Assembly: GCA_964538375.1 (NCBI GenBank)
Contig: CAZIFQ010000002.1
Location: 3,434 to 67,433 of the forward strand
Direction of reading: 5' to 3'
From: an uncultured Bacteroidaceae bacterium
GTDB lineage: Bacteria > Bacteroidota > Bacteroidia > Bacteroidales > GCA-2748055
Length of the DNA stretch: 64,000 bases
Shown here one piece after another: positions 8,645 to 18,501 of the stretch. Position 1 is the stretch's first letter. The number at the start of each line of letters is the position of its first letter. The position numbers and the translations under genes are program-made. The notes beneath the pieces were generated by a model. The model was not told where the DNA came from. It worked only from the letters and a program-made list of their open reading frames with translations, and did no database searches.

Positions 8645-9625
8645 ATGATTTGTATTAAAGACCATAGAACAGATCCCTATTTTAACCTGGCAGCAGAGGA
8701 ATACCTGCTCAGGAATTCAACAGAAGAATATTTTATGCTCTGGCAAAACGAGCCCTCCATTGTTGTTGGAAAGCATCAAAATGCCCTGGCGGAGATAGAC
8801 CTGATGTATGCCCGCGAAAAGGGCTTTAAGGTGGCTCGCCGAATTTCCGGGGGTGGAACGGTTTTTCACGATCTTGGGAATCTTAATTTTTCGTTTATCA
8901 GCAACGGGGAAGAGGGAACACTTATCAATTACAGAAAATTTGCTACTCCAATTGTTGAGGTGCTGGGAAAGTTGGGTGTAGAGGGAACATTCAGCAAGAG
9001 AGACGATATCCTGATTGATGGAATGAAGATTTCCGGTAATGCCAGTCATGTATATAAACAGCGAGTTCTGCACCATGGCACACTTCTCTTCTCTTCGGAC
9101 CTTGCAGACCTTTCCAATGCCTTGAAGACTAGTCCTGGCAGTTTCAGTGATAAGGCCGTGAAATCTGTTCGATCAAAGGTGACAAATATTAGTGACTACC
9201 TGCCACGGGAGATGGATGTTTCTGAATTCAGGGACACCATTATGAATCATATTCTTGAAAGCCGGGAAGGAACAGCAGCGTATGAATATAGCGATGCTGA
9301 TGTCGTGGCAATTAATCGATTGAGGGAGGAACGTTTTTCAACCTGGGAATGGAATTTCGGATATTCTCCCAGGTATGTCTTTAAAAAGGAAGGAGCTGCC
9401 GGAAAAGGGAAGTTGACTGTGGAGATGAAGGTTGTCAGTGGTATTATTGAAGAGCTTTTTATTCAATGTAATTTCCTGGGAAGAACAGATACCATTATGC
9501 TTGAAAAACTACTTTCAGGCATTCGCCACGATCCCCTGTTTATTGAGGAGAACCTTCGGAAAAATGAAATTGAGTTAGAAAGGATTGGCCTATCAATCGA
9601 AGAGCTTAAACGTTTTTTTCTTTAG
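8645..9625 (+). CDS. lplA: Lipoate-protein ligase A
   Basis: 326 aa with RRISGGGTVFHDLGNLNFSF and GNASHVYKQRVLHHGTLL, typical of the LplA/BPL_LplA_LipB catalytic domain. An LplA-type C-terminal domain is also present. Confidence 0.85.
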   Translation: MICIKDHRTDPYFNLAAEEYLLRNSTEEYFMLWQNEPSIVVGKHQNALAEIDLMYAREKGFKVARRISGGGTVFHDLGNLNFSFISNGEEGTLINYRKFATPIVEVLGKLGVEGTFSKRDDILIDGMKISGNASHVYKQRVLHHGTLLFSSDLADLSNALKTSPGSFSDKAVKSVRSKVTNISDYLPREMDVSEFRDTIMNHILESREGTAAYEYSDADVVAINRLREERFSTWEWNFGYSPRYVFKKEGAAGKGKLTVEMKVVSGIIEELFIQCNFLGRTDTIMLEKLLSGIRHDPLFIEENLRKNEIELERIGLSIEELKRFFL

Positions 9626-9676
9626 AAGACTAGGTATCTTTTGATCAATGTCACATCTTCACACTGTTTCTATGTC

Positions 9677-10183
9677 TCACCGACGAATTATCGACTCCAG
9701 TCGCTCATCAACATTGTTCAGCCCATCTACAATCACATCAGCTTTACTGTAGAATGCTTCACGAATATTTAATATCTCTTTGATGGTCTCCAGCATCTCC
9801 TGTTCAGACTTTCCTGCCAGCAGTGGTCTTTCGCTCTTAGAATTTTTTAGTCGACTCAGCAATGCTGCTGGTGCAAGTTGCAGGTATATTGTGAGGCCGG
9901 AAGATTTTAAGAGTTCCATGTTTTCAGCGTGACAAGGGGCTCCTCCACCTGTTGAAATAACGATATTTTTTTCCTTACTCAATGCGTGGATTGCTTCTGT
10001 TTCCATTTTCCGGAATGCTGCTTCACCTTCTTCTTTAAAGATTTCCGGAACCGTTTTTCCAGTCTCCTTCTCGATCCATTGGTCCATATCCGCAAACCGG
10101 TACTCCAGTTTCCTGGCCAGTTTCTTCCCATGGGTGGTCTTCCCTGAACCCATAAAGCCGATGATGAAAATACGCGTATACAT
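9677..10183 (-). CDS. aroK: Shikimate kinase
   Basis: 168 aa with P-loop GFMGSGKTT and ISTGGG. Size is typical of AroK. Confidence 0.9.
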   Translation of the reverse strand: MYTRIFIIGFMGSGKTTHGKKLARKLEYRFADMDQWIEKETGKTVPEIFKEEGEAAFRKMETEAIHALSKEKNIVISTGGGAPCHAENMELLKSSGLTIYLQLAPAALLSRLKNSKSERPLLAGKSEQEMLETIKEILNIREAFYSKADVIVDGLNNVDERLESIIRR

Positions 10184-10227
10184 GATTGAAGATTCAAATT
10201 CTATACTAATCTTGAAACAGTTTACAT

Positions 10228-10268
10228 CTTCCCCTTTTGAAGGGGAAGTCCCTCACGCAGTGAGGGGA
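10228..10268. repeat. Double-hairpin intergenic element, copy A
   Basis: CTTCCCCTT-TTG-AAGGGGAAG, then T, then CCCTCAC-GCA-GTGAGGG, then GATGGG. It lies between the parC stop and the aroK start. It has the same architecture as 17413-17451. Confidence 0.65.
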
Positions 10269-10275
10269 TGGGATT

Positions 10276-13146
10276 CTAGAACATACTCATCTGTCCGTTA
10301 GATCCTTCCGTATCGTCCTTCTCTTCCTCGGGTTTTGAATCTGGTTTCTTTTTTGGAGCTTTTGCCTCAGAAGCCACCTTTTTAGAAGCTTTTTTTGCTG
10401 CCGGCTTTTCGTCCTTTACTTTTTTTTCAATTTTTTTAGCAGGTTTTTTCTTTACCGGCTTCTTCCTGCTTACTGCTTCCTCCTCTTGACTGTCTTCTCC
10501 TGGCTGACCCACAATTTCCAATGGTATTTCTTCTACAACAGGGTCGTCTGCATTCACTTCTTCTACAATAGTTTCATCTTCGACAATATCCTCATCAACA
10601 GGTTCGCTGTCTGCAATAAGTGGTTCTAATTGTTCGATGATCTTCACCTCGTAGTTCGACAACCTCTTTCCTCTTGCTTTGGAGCTTTTTACACCTATGA
10701 AGTCTGCCACTTCAATAATTTCTGCTTCCCTGTCTTTATTCTTCCCACCGAATTTGAGCTCTAGCCGTGGATATTCCACCTCCATAATCTGCATCAATCT
10801 CGAGTCAGGATTGTCACCAATAAAGCCGGAAGGTTTTTCCGTTGGCTCTACATTGAATCGCTTGATATAATAGTATTTATGTTCCGCATCATAGTATGCT
10901 GCGGACCAGATTTTCTTAGCGCGATATTTTTCAACGATCTGAACATCATCTTCAAAATGATTGGAGAGATCGAAATTGGTGGTTCTGAAGTATCCTGATT
11001 TGGTGACAACCAGGATCTTATTCTCCCCTGAAAATTCACCAAGGAATATTCCCCTTGCATCTGCATTGAGCCGGTTCACATCTTCATCGAACCAAATCTT
11101 CCTGCCACCGAGGGTAGAAACACCTTTTTCTTTCATGGTGATTTTATGAACCGAATTCTTGGTGAGGATGTTCCCCATTGAATTTCTCCCCTTTATTACC
11201 AGCTCACTGAAATTCATCTCGAAGACCAGCTTCTTCAATCGTGCTTTTGGCTTAAGGTTAACCTTTACAGTTTCTGCTTCACCATTCGGATTAACTGTCA
11301 TATACAAGACCTTCGTGTACTTGTGGGCACGGCCAATATTGTACATTTTATCCCTTGTAACACCTGTAATGGAACAACGCTTCATCAGGGTATTTCCACT
11401 GTTTCCATCGTAATAAACCACATTGTAGATGGTGCGCTTATCCTGTTTTTTGAAAACTCCGACGTGGATAATATTTTTTCCAACAAAGAATTTGTCACTT
11501 ACCTTATTTACTACGTATGTTCCGTCTTTCAGGAACACAATTATATCGTCAATGTCTGAGCAGTCACAGACATACTCGTCTTTCTTAAGTCCTGTTCCAA
11601 CAAAACCATCCAGCTTATTAACATATAGCTTTTCATTGGCTACAACTACTTTCGTGGCAACAATATTTTCGAAACTCCGGATCTCAGTTTTACGGTCCCT
11701 GCCTTTTCCGTGTTTCTTCTTAATCTGCTTGTAGTAGTTGATGGTATATTCTACAATATGTGACAGGTGGTTTTTGACTTCACTGATTTCCTCTTCAATT
11801 CCTTTGATCTGCTCGTCAGCTTTTTTCACATCAAATCTCGAGATCCTCTTGATTTTGATCTCGGTGAGTTTAAGGATGTCTTCTCTTGTTACTTCCCTTT
11901 GCAGTAGCTTCTTAAATGGATCCAATCCCTTATCGATAGCATCAATTACTGCTTCCCATGTTTCGCACTCTTCAATGTCGTGGTAGATCCTTTCCTCAAT
12001 GAAAATTTTCTCCAGTGAAGACATGTGCCAGTTTTCCATCAATTCACCTAACCTGATCTCCAGTTCCTGCTGCAGCAGCTCCTTGGTGTTCTCAGTGTTC
12101 ACTCTCAGCACCTCACTGACGCCTGTAAATTTTGGTTTATTATCTTCAATGACACAACAGTTGGGTGAGATGGAGACCTCGCAATCTGTAAATGCATAAA
12201 GTGCATCTATTGTTTTGTCGGAAGAGATATTTGGACCAAGATGTACCTGGATCTCTACGAATTCAGCAGTATTGTCATCGATCTTCTTGATTTTGATTTT
12301 ACCCTTCTCATTGGCCTTGATAATAGATTCTATCAGTGTGCCGGTTGTTTTCCCAAAGGGGAGATCGTGAATAACCAGTGTCTTTCTATCCTGTTTCTCA
12401 ATCTTTGCTCTTACCCTGATTGCCCCGCCTCGTTTACCATCGTGATACCTGCTGAAATCGGCATACCCGCCAGTGGGGAAGTCTGGATATATTTCAAAAT
12501 TCTTTCCTTGCAGATGAGATATGGAAGCATCAATTAATTCATTGAAATTGTGTGGAAGGATTTTTGATGAAAGCCCTACAGCAATACCCTCGGCTCCCTG
12601 TGCAAGAAGGAGAGGAAATTTCACGGGAAGCGTCTGTGGCTCTTTGTTTCTGCCATCATAGGAGAGCTTCCAGTTGGTAGTTTTTGGGTTGAAAACTACA
12701 TCATTGGCAAATACAGAAAGTCGTGCTTCAATATATCTTGATGCTGCAGCACGATCTCCTGTAAAAATATTTCCCCAGTTTCCCTGCATATCAACAAGCA
12801 ACTCTTTCTGTCCCAACTGGACAAGTGCATCTCCAATAGATGTGTCGCCATGAGGGTGAAATTGCATGGAATACCCAATGATGTTGGCTACCTTATTGTA
12901 TCTGCCATCATCAAGCCGCTTCATGGCATGCATGATTCGTCGTTGCACAGGTTTTAGTCCATCGGTAATATGGGGTACAGCCCTCTCAAGAATTACGTAG
13001 GATGCATAATCGATGAAATATTCTTCATACATCCCTGTAAGGGCGGAGATTTTCACACCTTCCTTGCTCTGTCCGTCTTCGAAGTTGCCATCGAAACTAG
13101 TATAGTCGTTTGGAATTATATTCTCGTTGTTTAAATTGTCACTCAT
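10276..13146 (-). CDS. parC: DNA topoisomerase IV subunit A (GyrA/ParC family) with long acidic/Lys-rich C-terminal tail
   Basis: DGLKPVQRRI signature and catalytic-Tyr region AASRYIEARL. It sits directly downstream of a short GyrB/ParE-type gene. I saw no GyrA-box (QRRGGKG). The last ~110 aa are low-complexity (DE-rich, then KKPVKKKPAKK...). Confidence 0.85.
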   Translation of the reverse strand: MSDNLNNENIIPNDYTSFDGNFEDGQSKEGVKISALTGMYEEYFIDYASYVILERAVPHITDGLKPVQRRIMHAMKRLDDGRYNKVANIIGYSMQFHPHGDTSIGDALVQLGQKELLVDMQGNWGNIFTGDRAAASRYIEARLSVFANDVVFNPKTTNWKLSYDGRNKEPQTLPVKFPLLLAQGAEGIAVGLSSKILPHNFNELIDASISHLQGKNFEIYPDFPTGGYADFSRYHDGKRGGAIRVRAKIEKQDRKTLVIHDLPFGKTTGTLIESIIKANEKGKIKIKKIDDNTAEFVEIQVHLGPNISSDKTIDALYAFTDCEVSISPNCCVIEDNKPKFTGVSEVLRVNTENTKELLQQELEIRLGELMENWHMSSLEKIFIEERIYHDIEECETWEAVIDAIDKGLDPFKKLLQREVTREDILKLTEIKIKRISRFDVKKADEQIKGIEEEISEVKNHLSHIVEYTINYYKQIKKKHGKGRDRKTEIRSFENIVATKVVVANEKLYVNKLDGFVGTGLKKDEYVCDCSDIDDIIVFLKDGTYVVNKVSDKFFVGKNIIHVGVFKKQDKRTIYNVVYYDGNSGNTLMKRCSITGVTRDKMYNIGRAHKYTKVLYMTVNPNGEAETVKVNLKPKARLKKLVFEMNFSELVIKGRNSMGNILTKNSVHKITMKEKGVSTLGGRKIWFDEDVNRLNADARGIFLGEFSGENKILVVTKSGYFRTTNFDLSNHFEDDVQIVEKYRAKKIWSAAYYDAEHKYYYIKRFNVEPTEKPSGFIGDNPDSRLMQIMEVEYPRLELKFGGKNKDREAEIIEVADFIGVKSSKARGKRLSNYEVKIIEQLEPLIADSEPVDEDIVEDETIVEEVNADDPVVEEIPLEIVGQPGEDSQEEEAVSRKKPVKKKPAKKIEKKVKDEKPAAKKASKKVASEAKAPKKKPDSKPEEEKDDTEGSNGQMSMF

Positions 13147-13170
13147 AAATCAAAAATTCTTCTTCAATCT

Positions 13171-15009
13171 TTAACTTGCAATTACATCTTCTTCAATCCT
13201 TAACCTTTCAATAATAAAATCCTGCCTGTCAGGGGTATTCTTACCCATATAGAACGACAGGATATCATTCAGGTCATCATCGCGCTTCAATTTAACAGGT
13301 TCAAGGCGGATGTCCGGTCCAATGAAATGCTTGAACTCACTCGGGGATATTTCTCCCAAACCCTTAAATCTCGTTATTTCTGGATTCTGTCCAAGTTTTG
13401 CAATAGCTTTATCCTTCTCTGTATCTGAATAGCAATAAATGGTTTCCTTTTTATTTCTAACCCTGAATAACGGAGTTTGAAGTATATACAGGTGTTTATT
13501 TCTAACGAGATTTGGGAAGAACTGTAGGAAAAAAGTGAGTAGCAATAGCCTGATGTGCATTCCATCAACATCAGCATCGGTGGCTATGACTACATTTTTA
13601 TAGCGCAATCCGTCAAGATCATCTTCAATATTTAGCGCGGCTTGCAATAGATTGAATTCCTCATTTTCGTATACCACTTTCTTGGTTAGTCCATAAGAGT
13701 TAAGTGGTTTTCCCCTTAAACTAAAAACAGCCTGAGAACTTACGTTCCTTGATGTTGTGATTGAGCCGGATGCTGAATCACCTTCCGTAATAAAGAGAGT
13801 TGATTCGTTTTTCTTCTCATGATTGGTATTGTAATGTACTTTACAATCTCTCAGTTTTTTATTGTGAAGATTTGATTTTTTAGCTCGTTCCCTTGCCAGC
13901 TTCTTAATTCCCGAAATGGCCTTTCGCTCTTTTTCATTATCATGAATTTTTTTCAGCAGTAAGTTAGCCGTATCAGCATGTTTGTGAAGATGGTCATCGA
14001 GTTTTGTATTAAGAAAATTCATGATGAAGTTTCTCACACTAGGCCCTTTTGGACCGATATCTTTTGATCCTAATTTTGTTTTTGTTTGCGATTCAAATAC
14101 AGGTTCTTCAACCTTGATACTTACCGCAGCAATAATGGATGTGCGAATATCTGAAGGATCATAATCTTTTTTATAGAAATCACGCATGGTTTTTACCAGC
14201 GCTTCCCTGAATGCAATAAGGTGTGTTCCTCCCTGGTTGGTGTGCTGACCATTTACAAAACTGTAATATTCTTCACCATATTGGTTTCCATGTGTGATGG
14301 CTACCTCAATATCACCATTTTTTAAATGTATGATAGGGTAGAGGCCTTCGCCACTCATATTTTCTTCCAGCAGGTCTTTTAATCCATTCTTAGAAATAAA
14401 TTTCTGTCCGTTATAGTCAATGGTTAACCCGGTGTTCAGGTAGGTATAATTCCTGAGCATTGCTTCCACGTACTCATCATTGAATCTGAACTTACCAAAC
14501 ATCGTTTCATCTGGAACAAAGGTTATCAGTGTACCGTTTTTCTGATCGGTATCCATTTCAGGATTGTCAGTCAACAAATTTCCCTGTGAGAAATCTACCA
14601 GTTTAGCTTTTCCTTCACGATGAGAAGTAATTACAAAAGAGGAGGATAAGGCATTCGCGGCCTTTATACCAACACCGTTCAGGCCAACTGATTTTTTAAA
14701 AACCTTTGAATCATATTTTGCCCCTGTATTCATTTTTGAGGCCACATCCAGGACCTTGCCTAGAGGAATCCCTCTACCAAAGTCCCTTACAGAAACTTGT
14801 TCTTCGTTGATTGATATTTCAATGGTCTTTCCAAACCCCATCATATATTCATCGATGGAATTGTCCAGTACTTCTTTAAGAATGACATATATTCCATCAT
14901 CCTGCGAGGAGCCATCTCCAAGTTTCCCAACATACATACCCGGCCTCTTGCGGATATGCTCTTTCCAATCCAGCGTGCGGATAGTATCTTCTGAATAATT
15001 CGCTGACAT
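13171..15009 (-). CDS. parE: DNA topoisomerase IV subunit B
   Basis: 612 aa with a GHKL ATPase motif (EVLDNSIDE) and TOPRIM motifs ([23 protein letters not shown]). It is shorter than a typical GyrB and lies 24 nt upstream of parC. Confidence 0.88.
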   Translation of the reverse strand: MSANYSEDTIRTLDWKEHIRKRPGMYVGKLGDGSSQDDGIYVILKEVLDNSIDEYMMGFGKTIEISINEEQVSVRDFGRGIPLGKVLDVASKMNTGAKYDSKVFKKSVGLNGVGIKAANALSSSFVITSHREGKAKLVDFSQGNLLTDNPEMDTDQKNGTLITFVPDETMFGKFRFNDEYVEAMLRNYTYLNTGLTIDYNGQKFISKNGLKDLLEENMSGEGLYPIIHLKNGDIEVAITHGNQYGEEYYSFVNGQHTNQGGTHLIAFREALVKTMRDFYKKDYDPSDIRTSIIAAVSIKVEEPVFESQTKTKLGSKDIGPKGPSVRNFIMNFLNTKLDDHLHKHADTANLLLKKIHDNEKERKAISGIKKLARERAKKSNLHNKKLRDCKVHYNTNHEKKNESTLFITEGDSASGSITTSRNVSSQAVFSLRGKPLNSYGLTKKVVYENEEFNLLQAALNIEDDLDGLRYKNVVIATDADVDGMHIRLLLLTFFLQFFPNLVRNKHLYILQTPLFRVRNKKETIYCYSDTEKDKAIAKLGQNPEITRFKGLGEISPSEFKHFIGPDIRLEPVKLKRDDDLNDILSFYMGKNTPDRQDFIIERLRIEEDVIAS

Positions 15010-15166
15010 CTACTTCTACTTCAAATTGTTTGATAATGATTGTGGGAATTCTTAAAGTTGAGTCTTTCCCAGCACACCACAAATATAGTTAAAACAGCAC
15101 GGGTTGCACTATTCAGTTATTAACAAAGAAATCAACAATGACGGGCTTCGACTGTGAAGCTTATGC

Positions 15167-15940
15167 TTACCATTCGATGGCCTTAACCTTCATTTTTGTT
15201 TGACGATCACGATGGTAAAAGCCGGATAAATCGAAATCCCATATCCAAGATTCTGATCGAAAGGATCCTGGTAAATTTACATGCTGCAAATCATAGGATT
15301 CTGTCATTTCGCCATCTCTAAAATTCATTTCTACAATATCTGAAATCAGGCATCCGGGTTTGCTGGAGATCCACCCGACATGAAATTGCTGTATTTTTTT
15401 TCGGAATGTATGGAAATGATCCTCTGTAAGAGCTGAATTAATATCTTTCAAGTAATCTACCAGGAGAATATCCAGTTGATTCAGGATATTTACTGAGATA
15501 AAAGCATCAACATCAATTGCTAAATCCGGAATGACTGGTTCAAAATCGTTGAGAAGGTTTTCAAGAGAATCAGTTTTCGCTTTTCTCATGTTCCAGGCAT
15601 GCTCAATCCCTCCACCTGTTAAGTCAATTTCCTGGAATAATATGTTTGGGTATTTCTGGGTGCTATTTTTTATCTGCGGAGGATGATGAATATCCAGAAG
15701 CAATATTTGCTCAAATCGTTCAGCGAGATAAGCCAGTGGGAGATCCAAAAGCCATCCACTTCCCAGTATAGCAACATTCTGTATTTCTTCATCCTGTAGA
15801 GCATTAATCATGAAGTTTTTTGTGTGTTGAACGTGAGAATCCCAGTTTGTCTTTTCCCTCAAATACCGGGTCATAATTCCCTCCTGGTCGGAGAAGAAAT
15901 TCATCTTCCTTAGCATTTTTCTATGTGCTCCTGAATTCAT
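15167..15940 (-). CDS. Hypothetical protein, Rossmann/class-I-methyltransferase-like
   Basis: 257 aa. VAILGSGWLLDLP then LLLDIHHP then FQEIDLTGG resembles SAM-MTase motifs I, post-I and II. Its start overlaps the plsC stop by 1 nt (TGATG). The family assignment is tentative. Confidence 0.4.
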   Translation of the reverse strand: MNSGAHRKMLRKMNFFSDQEGIMTRYLREKTNWDSHVQHTKNFMINALQDEEIQNVAILGSGWLLDLPLAYLAERFEQILLLDIHHPPQIKNSTQKYPNILFQEIDLTGGGIEHAWNMRKAKTDSLENLLNDFEPVIPDLAIDVDAFISVNILNQLDILLVDYLKDINSALTEDHFHTFRKKIQQFHVGWISSKPGCLISDIVEMNFRDGEMTESYDLQHVNLPGSFRSESWIWDFDLSGFYHRDRQTKMKVKAIEW

Positions 15941-16710
15941 CAGCTTATCTTTGCTTTTTCTTGATTTTCCAATGATGTAATTCCGCTTTCCAATAAATCA
16001 TAAACATGTTTTTTTATCTCTTCAACCTCCATTTCTTCCACTTTTTCCGCACTTACTTCATCCAGCACATTAATCATGATCCTGGCTTTGCTTTTTACTA
16101 TCCATGCTTGTTTTCCGGGATGTAGCGTATTTTCAGTTCCAATGTGGGCAATAGGAATAATTCCGCATTTCATTTTCTTTGCCAAAACAAAGGCCCCATC
16201 CTGAAAGTTCCTCATCTTGCCTGTTTTTGATCTTGTTCCTTCAGGAAATATCATGACGGAAGATCCTTTTTTCATCTCTCGTTCTGCCTGGCTGATAAAT
16301 TGCATGCCTGCACGAAAATTTCCCCTTTGAATTTTAACACAGTTCGTAAGTGATAGCACCATACCAATAAATGGTATTTTAAAATTGTCGGCTTTGGACA
16401 CCCATTTAAAAGGTCTTCTCACTTTATATAGCGCAAGGATATCTACAAATGACCGATGATTGGCTACCAAAACTACCGGCCTGTTCCATGGAATTTTCTC
16501 TCTCCCTGTTAGCTTTAGTCTCCAAAAAATAACGAGCGATTGATAATGCCAGGCCCAGAATGTCCCCATCATGTGACTGAAGATTCTTCTTTTATCCCAC
16601 CAGAATGTCCAAACCCAAACCAAAAGAAAGAATGGAGTTATAATTATTGAGGTAAGTGCCATGGCTATCCATGCCAGGACGGAGTATATTTTTAAAAATG
16701 TTTTTTGCAT
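15940..16710 (-). CDS. plsC: 1-acyl-sn-glycerol-3-phosphate acyltransferase
   Basis: Has the HX4D motif NHRSFVD and FPEGTRS, plus an N-terminal TM segment. Confidence 0.85.
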   Translation of the reverse strand: MQKTFLKIYSVLAWIAMALTSIIITPFFLLVWVWTFWWDKRRIFSHMMGTFWAWHYQSLVIFWRLKLTGREKIPWNRPVVLVANHRSFVDILALYKVRRPFKWVSKADNFKIPFIGMVLSLTNCVKIQRGNFRAGMQFISQAEREMKKGSSVMIFPEGTRSKTGKMRNFQDGAFVLAKKMKCGIIPIAHIGTENTLHPGKQAWIVKSKARIMINVLDEVSAEKVEEMEVEEIKKHVYDLLESGITSLENQEKAKIS

Positions 16711-16746
16711 GCTTTTTTATAAAGGGGCTGCAAATTAATTATTTTA

Positions 16747-17364
16747 ATGCGAAGGGCAATGAGGCACTTTGCACAATGCTATCAAAAATATATCTTTACA
16801 TTCATGGTCGCAGAGAAGGAATTACATATCCATGGTGAAATTGACAAGCATGCTTTTGAGGAGCTTTTCCGAAAATTCTTCCCTGCATTGATGTCATTTG
16901 CGGGAAAGTTTTTGTCCGATGAGGATGATGCCAGGGAGGTGGTCCATAAAGTGTTTATCAAGCTTTGGGAAAAAAGAAACTCGCTGGATACATCAACATC
17001 ATTAAAATCCTACCTTTTCAGATCGGTTCACAATAGTAGTTTAAATGTGATAAGAGACAGAAAGAAATTTGTCAGTGATGAAGTTCCTGATGTAGCTTCC
17101 GATATAGATATTGATTCACAGATGGATGCCATGGAACTGGAAGACAGGATCAACCAGGTAATTCAAGGATTGCCTGAGAAATGCAGGGAAGTATTTAAGA
17201 TGAGCCGCTTTGAAGGATTAAAATACAATGAGATTGCAGACAAACTGGGTATTTCAGTAAAAACAGTGGAAAACCAGATGTCGAAGGCCTTAAGGGTATT
17301 GCGAGAAAAATTGGCAGATTACCTGGCTTTGGTGGTCTGGCTCTTATGGAATGGCTTGAACTAA
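16747..17364 (+). CDS. ECF-type RNA polymerase sigma-70 factor
   Basis: Has region 2 (VVHKVFIKLWEKR) and a region 4 HTH (LKYNEIADKLGISVKTVENQMSKAL). Met20 at 16804 is the more plausible start, because TATCTTTA lies just upstream. Confidence 0.85.
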   Translation: MRRAMRHFAQCYQKYIFTFMVAEKELHIHGEIDKHAFEELFRKFFPALMSFAGKFLSDEDDAREVVHKVFIKLWEKRNSLDTSTSLKSYLFRSVHNSSLNVIRDRKKFVSDEVPDVASDIDIDSQMDAMELEDRINQVIQGLPEKCREVFKMSRFEGLKYNEIADKLGISVKTVENQMSKALRVLREKLADYLALVVWLLWNGLN

Positions 17365-17412
17365 TTTAGAAGTTCTACATTTATTGAAAAGCTATAAAGA
17401 ATCGATCTACTT

Positions 17413-17451
17413 CCCCTCCTTTTGAAGGAGGGGTGTCCATCGCAGATGGAC
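17413..17451. repeat. Double-hairpin intergenic element, copy B
   Basis: CCCCTCCTT-TTG-AAGGAGGGG, then T, then GTCCATC-GCA-GATGGAC, then GGGGTGG. It lies in the 129-nt gap between the ECF sigma and FecR genes. Confidence 0.65.
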
Positions 17452-17493
17452 GGGGTGGTTATAGGGGTAAACGTCACCTCATGTGTGATATAG

Positions 17494-18501
17494 TTGAACG
17501 TTATGGGACAAGAAGAACAACATATCGAATTTAAAGGTCAGATTGCCAGATACCTGGCAGGAGAGATGACTGTTTCTGAGAAGGAGCAGTTTGAGCATTT
17601 GTTAGAAGCTGATAAGGAACTCTTGTCTCAATTTTCAGAGTTCCGGAAAATTTGGGAAGGTGTTGATCAGCTGGCTGCAAGAACAAAATATGACATGGAC
17701 AGTGAGTGGTCAGTGTTAGCCGGCAAGATAGATTTCTCTGAAGAAAAACAATATTCTCCCGCTCGCTCAATCAGGATGACAGTGATGCGCATTGCCGCAA
17801 TCCTGGTGATTGGACTGCTTGTTGTTGCCGGTTGGTATGGGGGAAGAGAGCTCTTAATGTTTGACCGGGTTGCCGTAGAAACAGGTACGCAGCTTATTGA
17901 ACTGCCTGATGGGACCAAAGTAACGCTTAACAGTGGATCAACAGTAAAATATACCAGGAATGAATCGCTAAACTATCGAAAAGTAAAACTGAATGGGGAG
18001 GCATTTTTTGAGGTTACACGAGATACCACCCGACCTTTTATTATTGATGCGGGTCCGGCCCAAATTAAGGTTTTGGGTACAAGTTTCAATGTTAATGCTT
18101 ATCCAGAGAATAAGAGCGTGGAGGTAACTGTGAGTGCCGGGTTGGTTGCCATGTCTAGCTTACATGAAGATGGAAATCAAATAGTATTAAATCAGGGAAA
18201 TACTGGAATTTATAGCAAGAATAGGGATGAACTGAAGCTTATTGTTTCAGGAAGAGTAAATGCCAATGCATGGCTAACTCAAAAGTTAGAGTTTACAGAT
18301 ACGCCTCTTGAAGAAGTTATTGAAGTATTGAATCACACCTACCAGTCAGAGATTGTTATACAAGATCCCAGTCTGGCCAATTATACAATTACCGTTTCAT
18401 TCAATAAGCAGGAGCTCGACGCCGTTTTAAAAGTATTGGCAAGTACACTTGACCTGAAAATAGAAAAAGACGGTGAGCAAATAATCATTGAATCTGAATA
18501 A
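17494..18501 (+). CDS. FecR-family anti-sigma factor / transmembrane sensor
   Basis: Cytoplasmic N-terminus, single TM (AAILVIGLLVVAGWY) and periplasmic FecR-like domain (VTLNSGSTVKY...GEAFFEV). The listed start is TTG; ATG at 17503 is an alternative. Its stop overlaps the receptor start. Confidence 0.85.
   Translation: MNVMGQEEQHIEFKGQIARYLAGEMTVSEKEQFEHLLEADKELLSQFSEFRKIWEGVDQLAARTKYDMDSEWSVLAGKIDFSEEKQYSPARSIRMTVMRIAAILVIGLLVVAGWYGGRELLMFDRVAVETGTQLIELPDGTKVTLNSGSTVKYTRNESLNYRKVKLNGEAFFEVTRDTTRPFIIDAGPAQIKVLGTSFNVNAYPENKSVEVTVSAGLVAMSSLHEDGNQIVLNQGNTGIYSKNRDELKLIVSGRVNANAWLTQKLEFTDTPLEEVIEVLNHTYQSEIVIQDPSLANYTITVSFNKQELDAVLKVLASTLDLKIEKDGEQIIIESE

Noticed and set aside
10679-12537. Chain of 60-100-aa plus-strand ORFs opposite parC; similar short ORFs opposite the 2040-aa gene, the STAND gene, lplA, the permease and the HydS-like gene
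   Set aside because: All lie antisense within long, motif-supported genes and are Ser/Phe/Leu-rich low-complexity translations. I treated them as non-coding.
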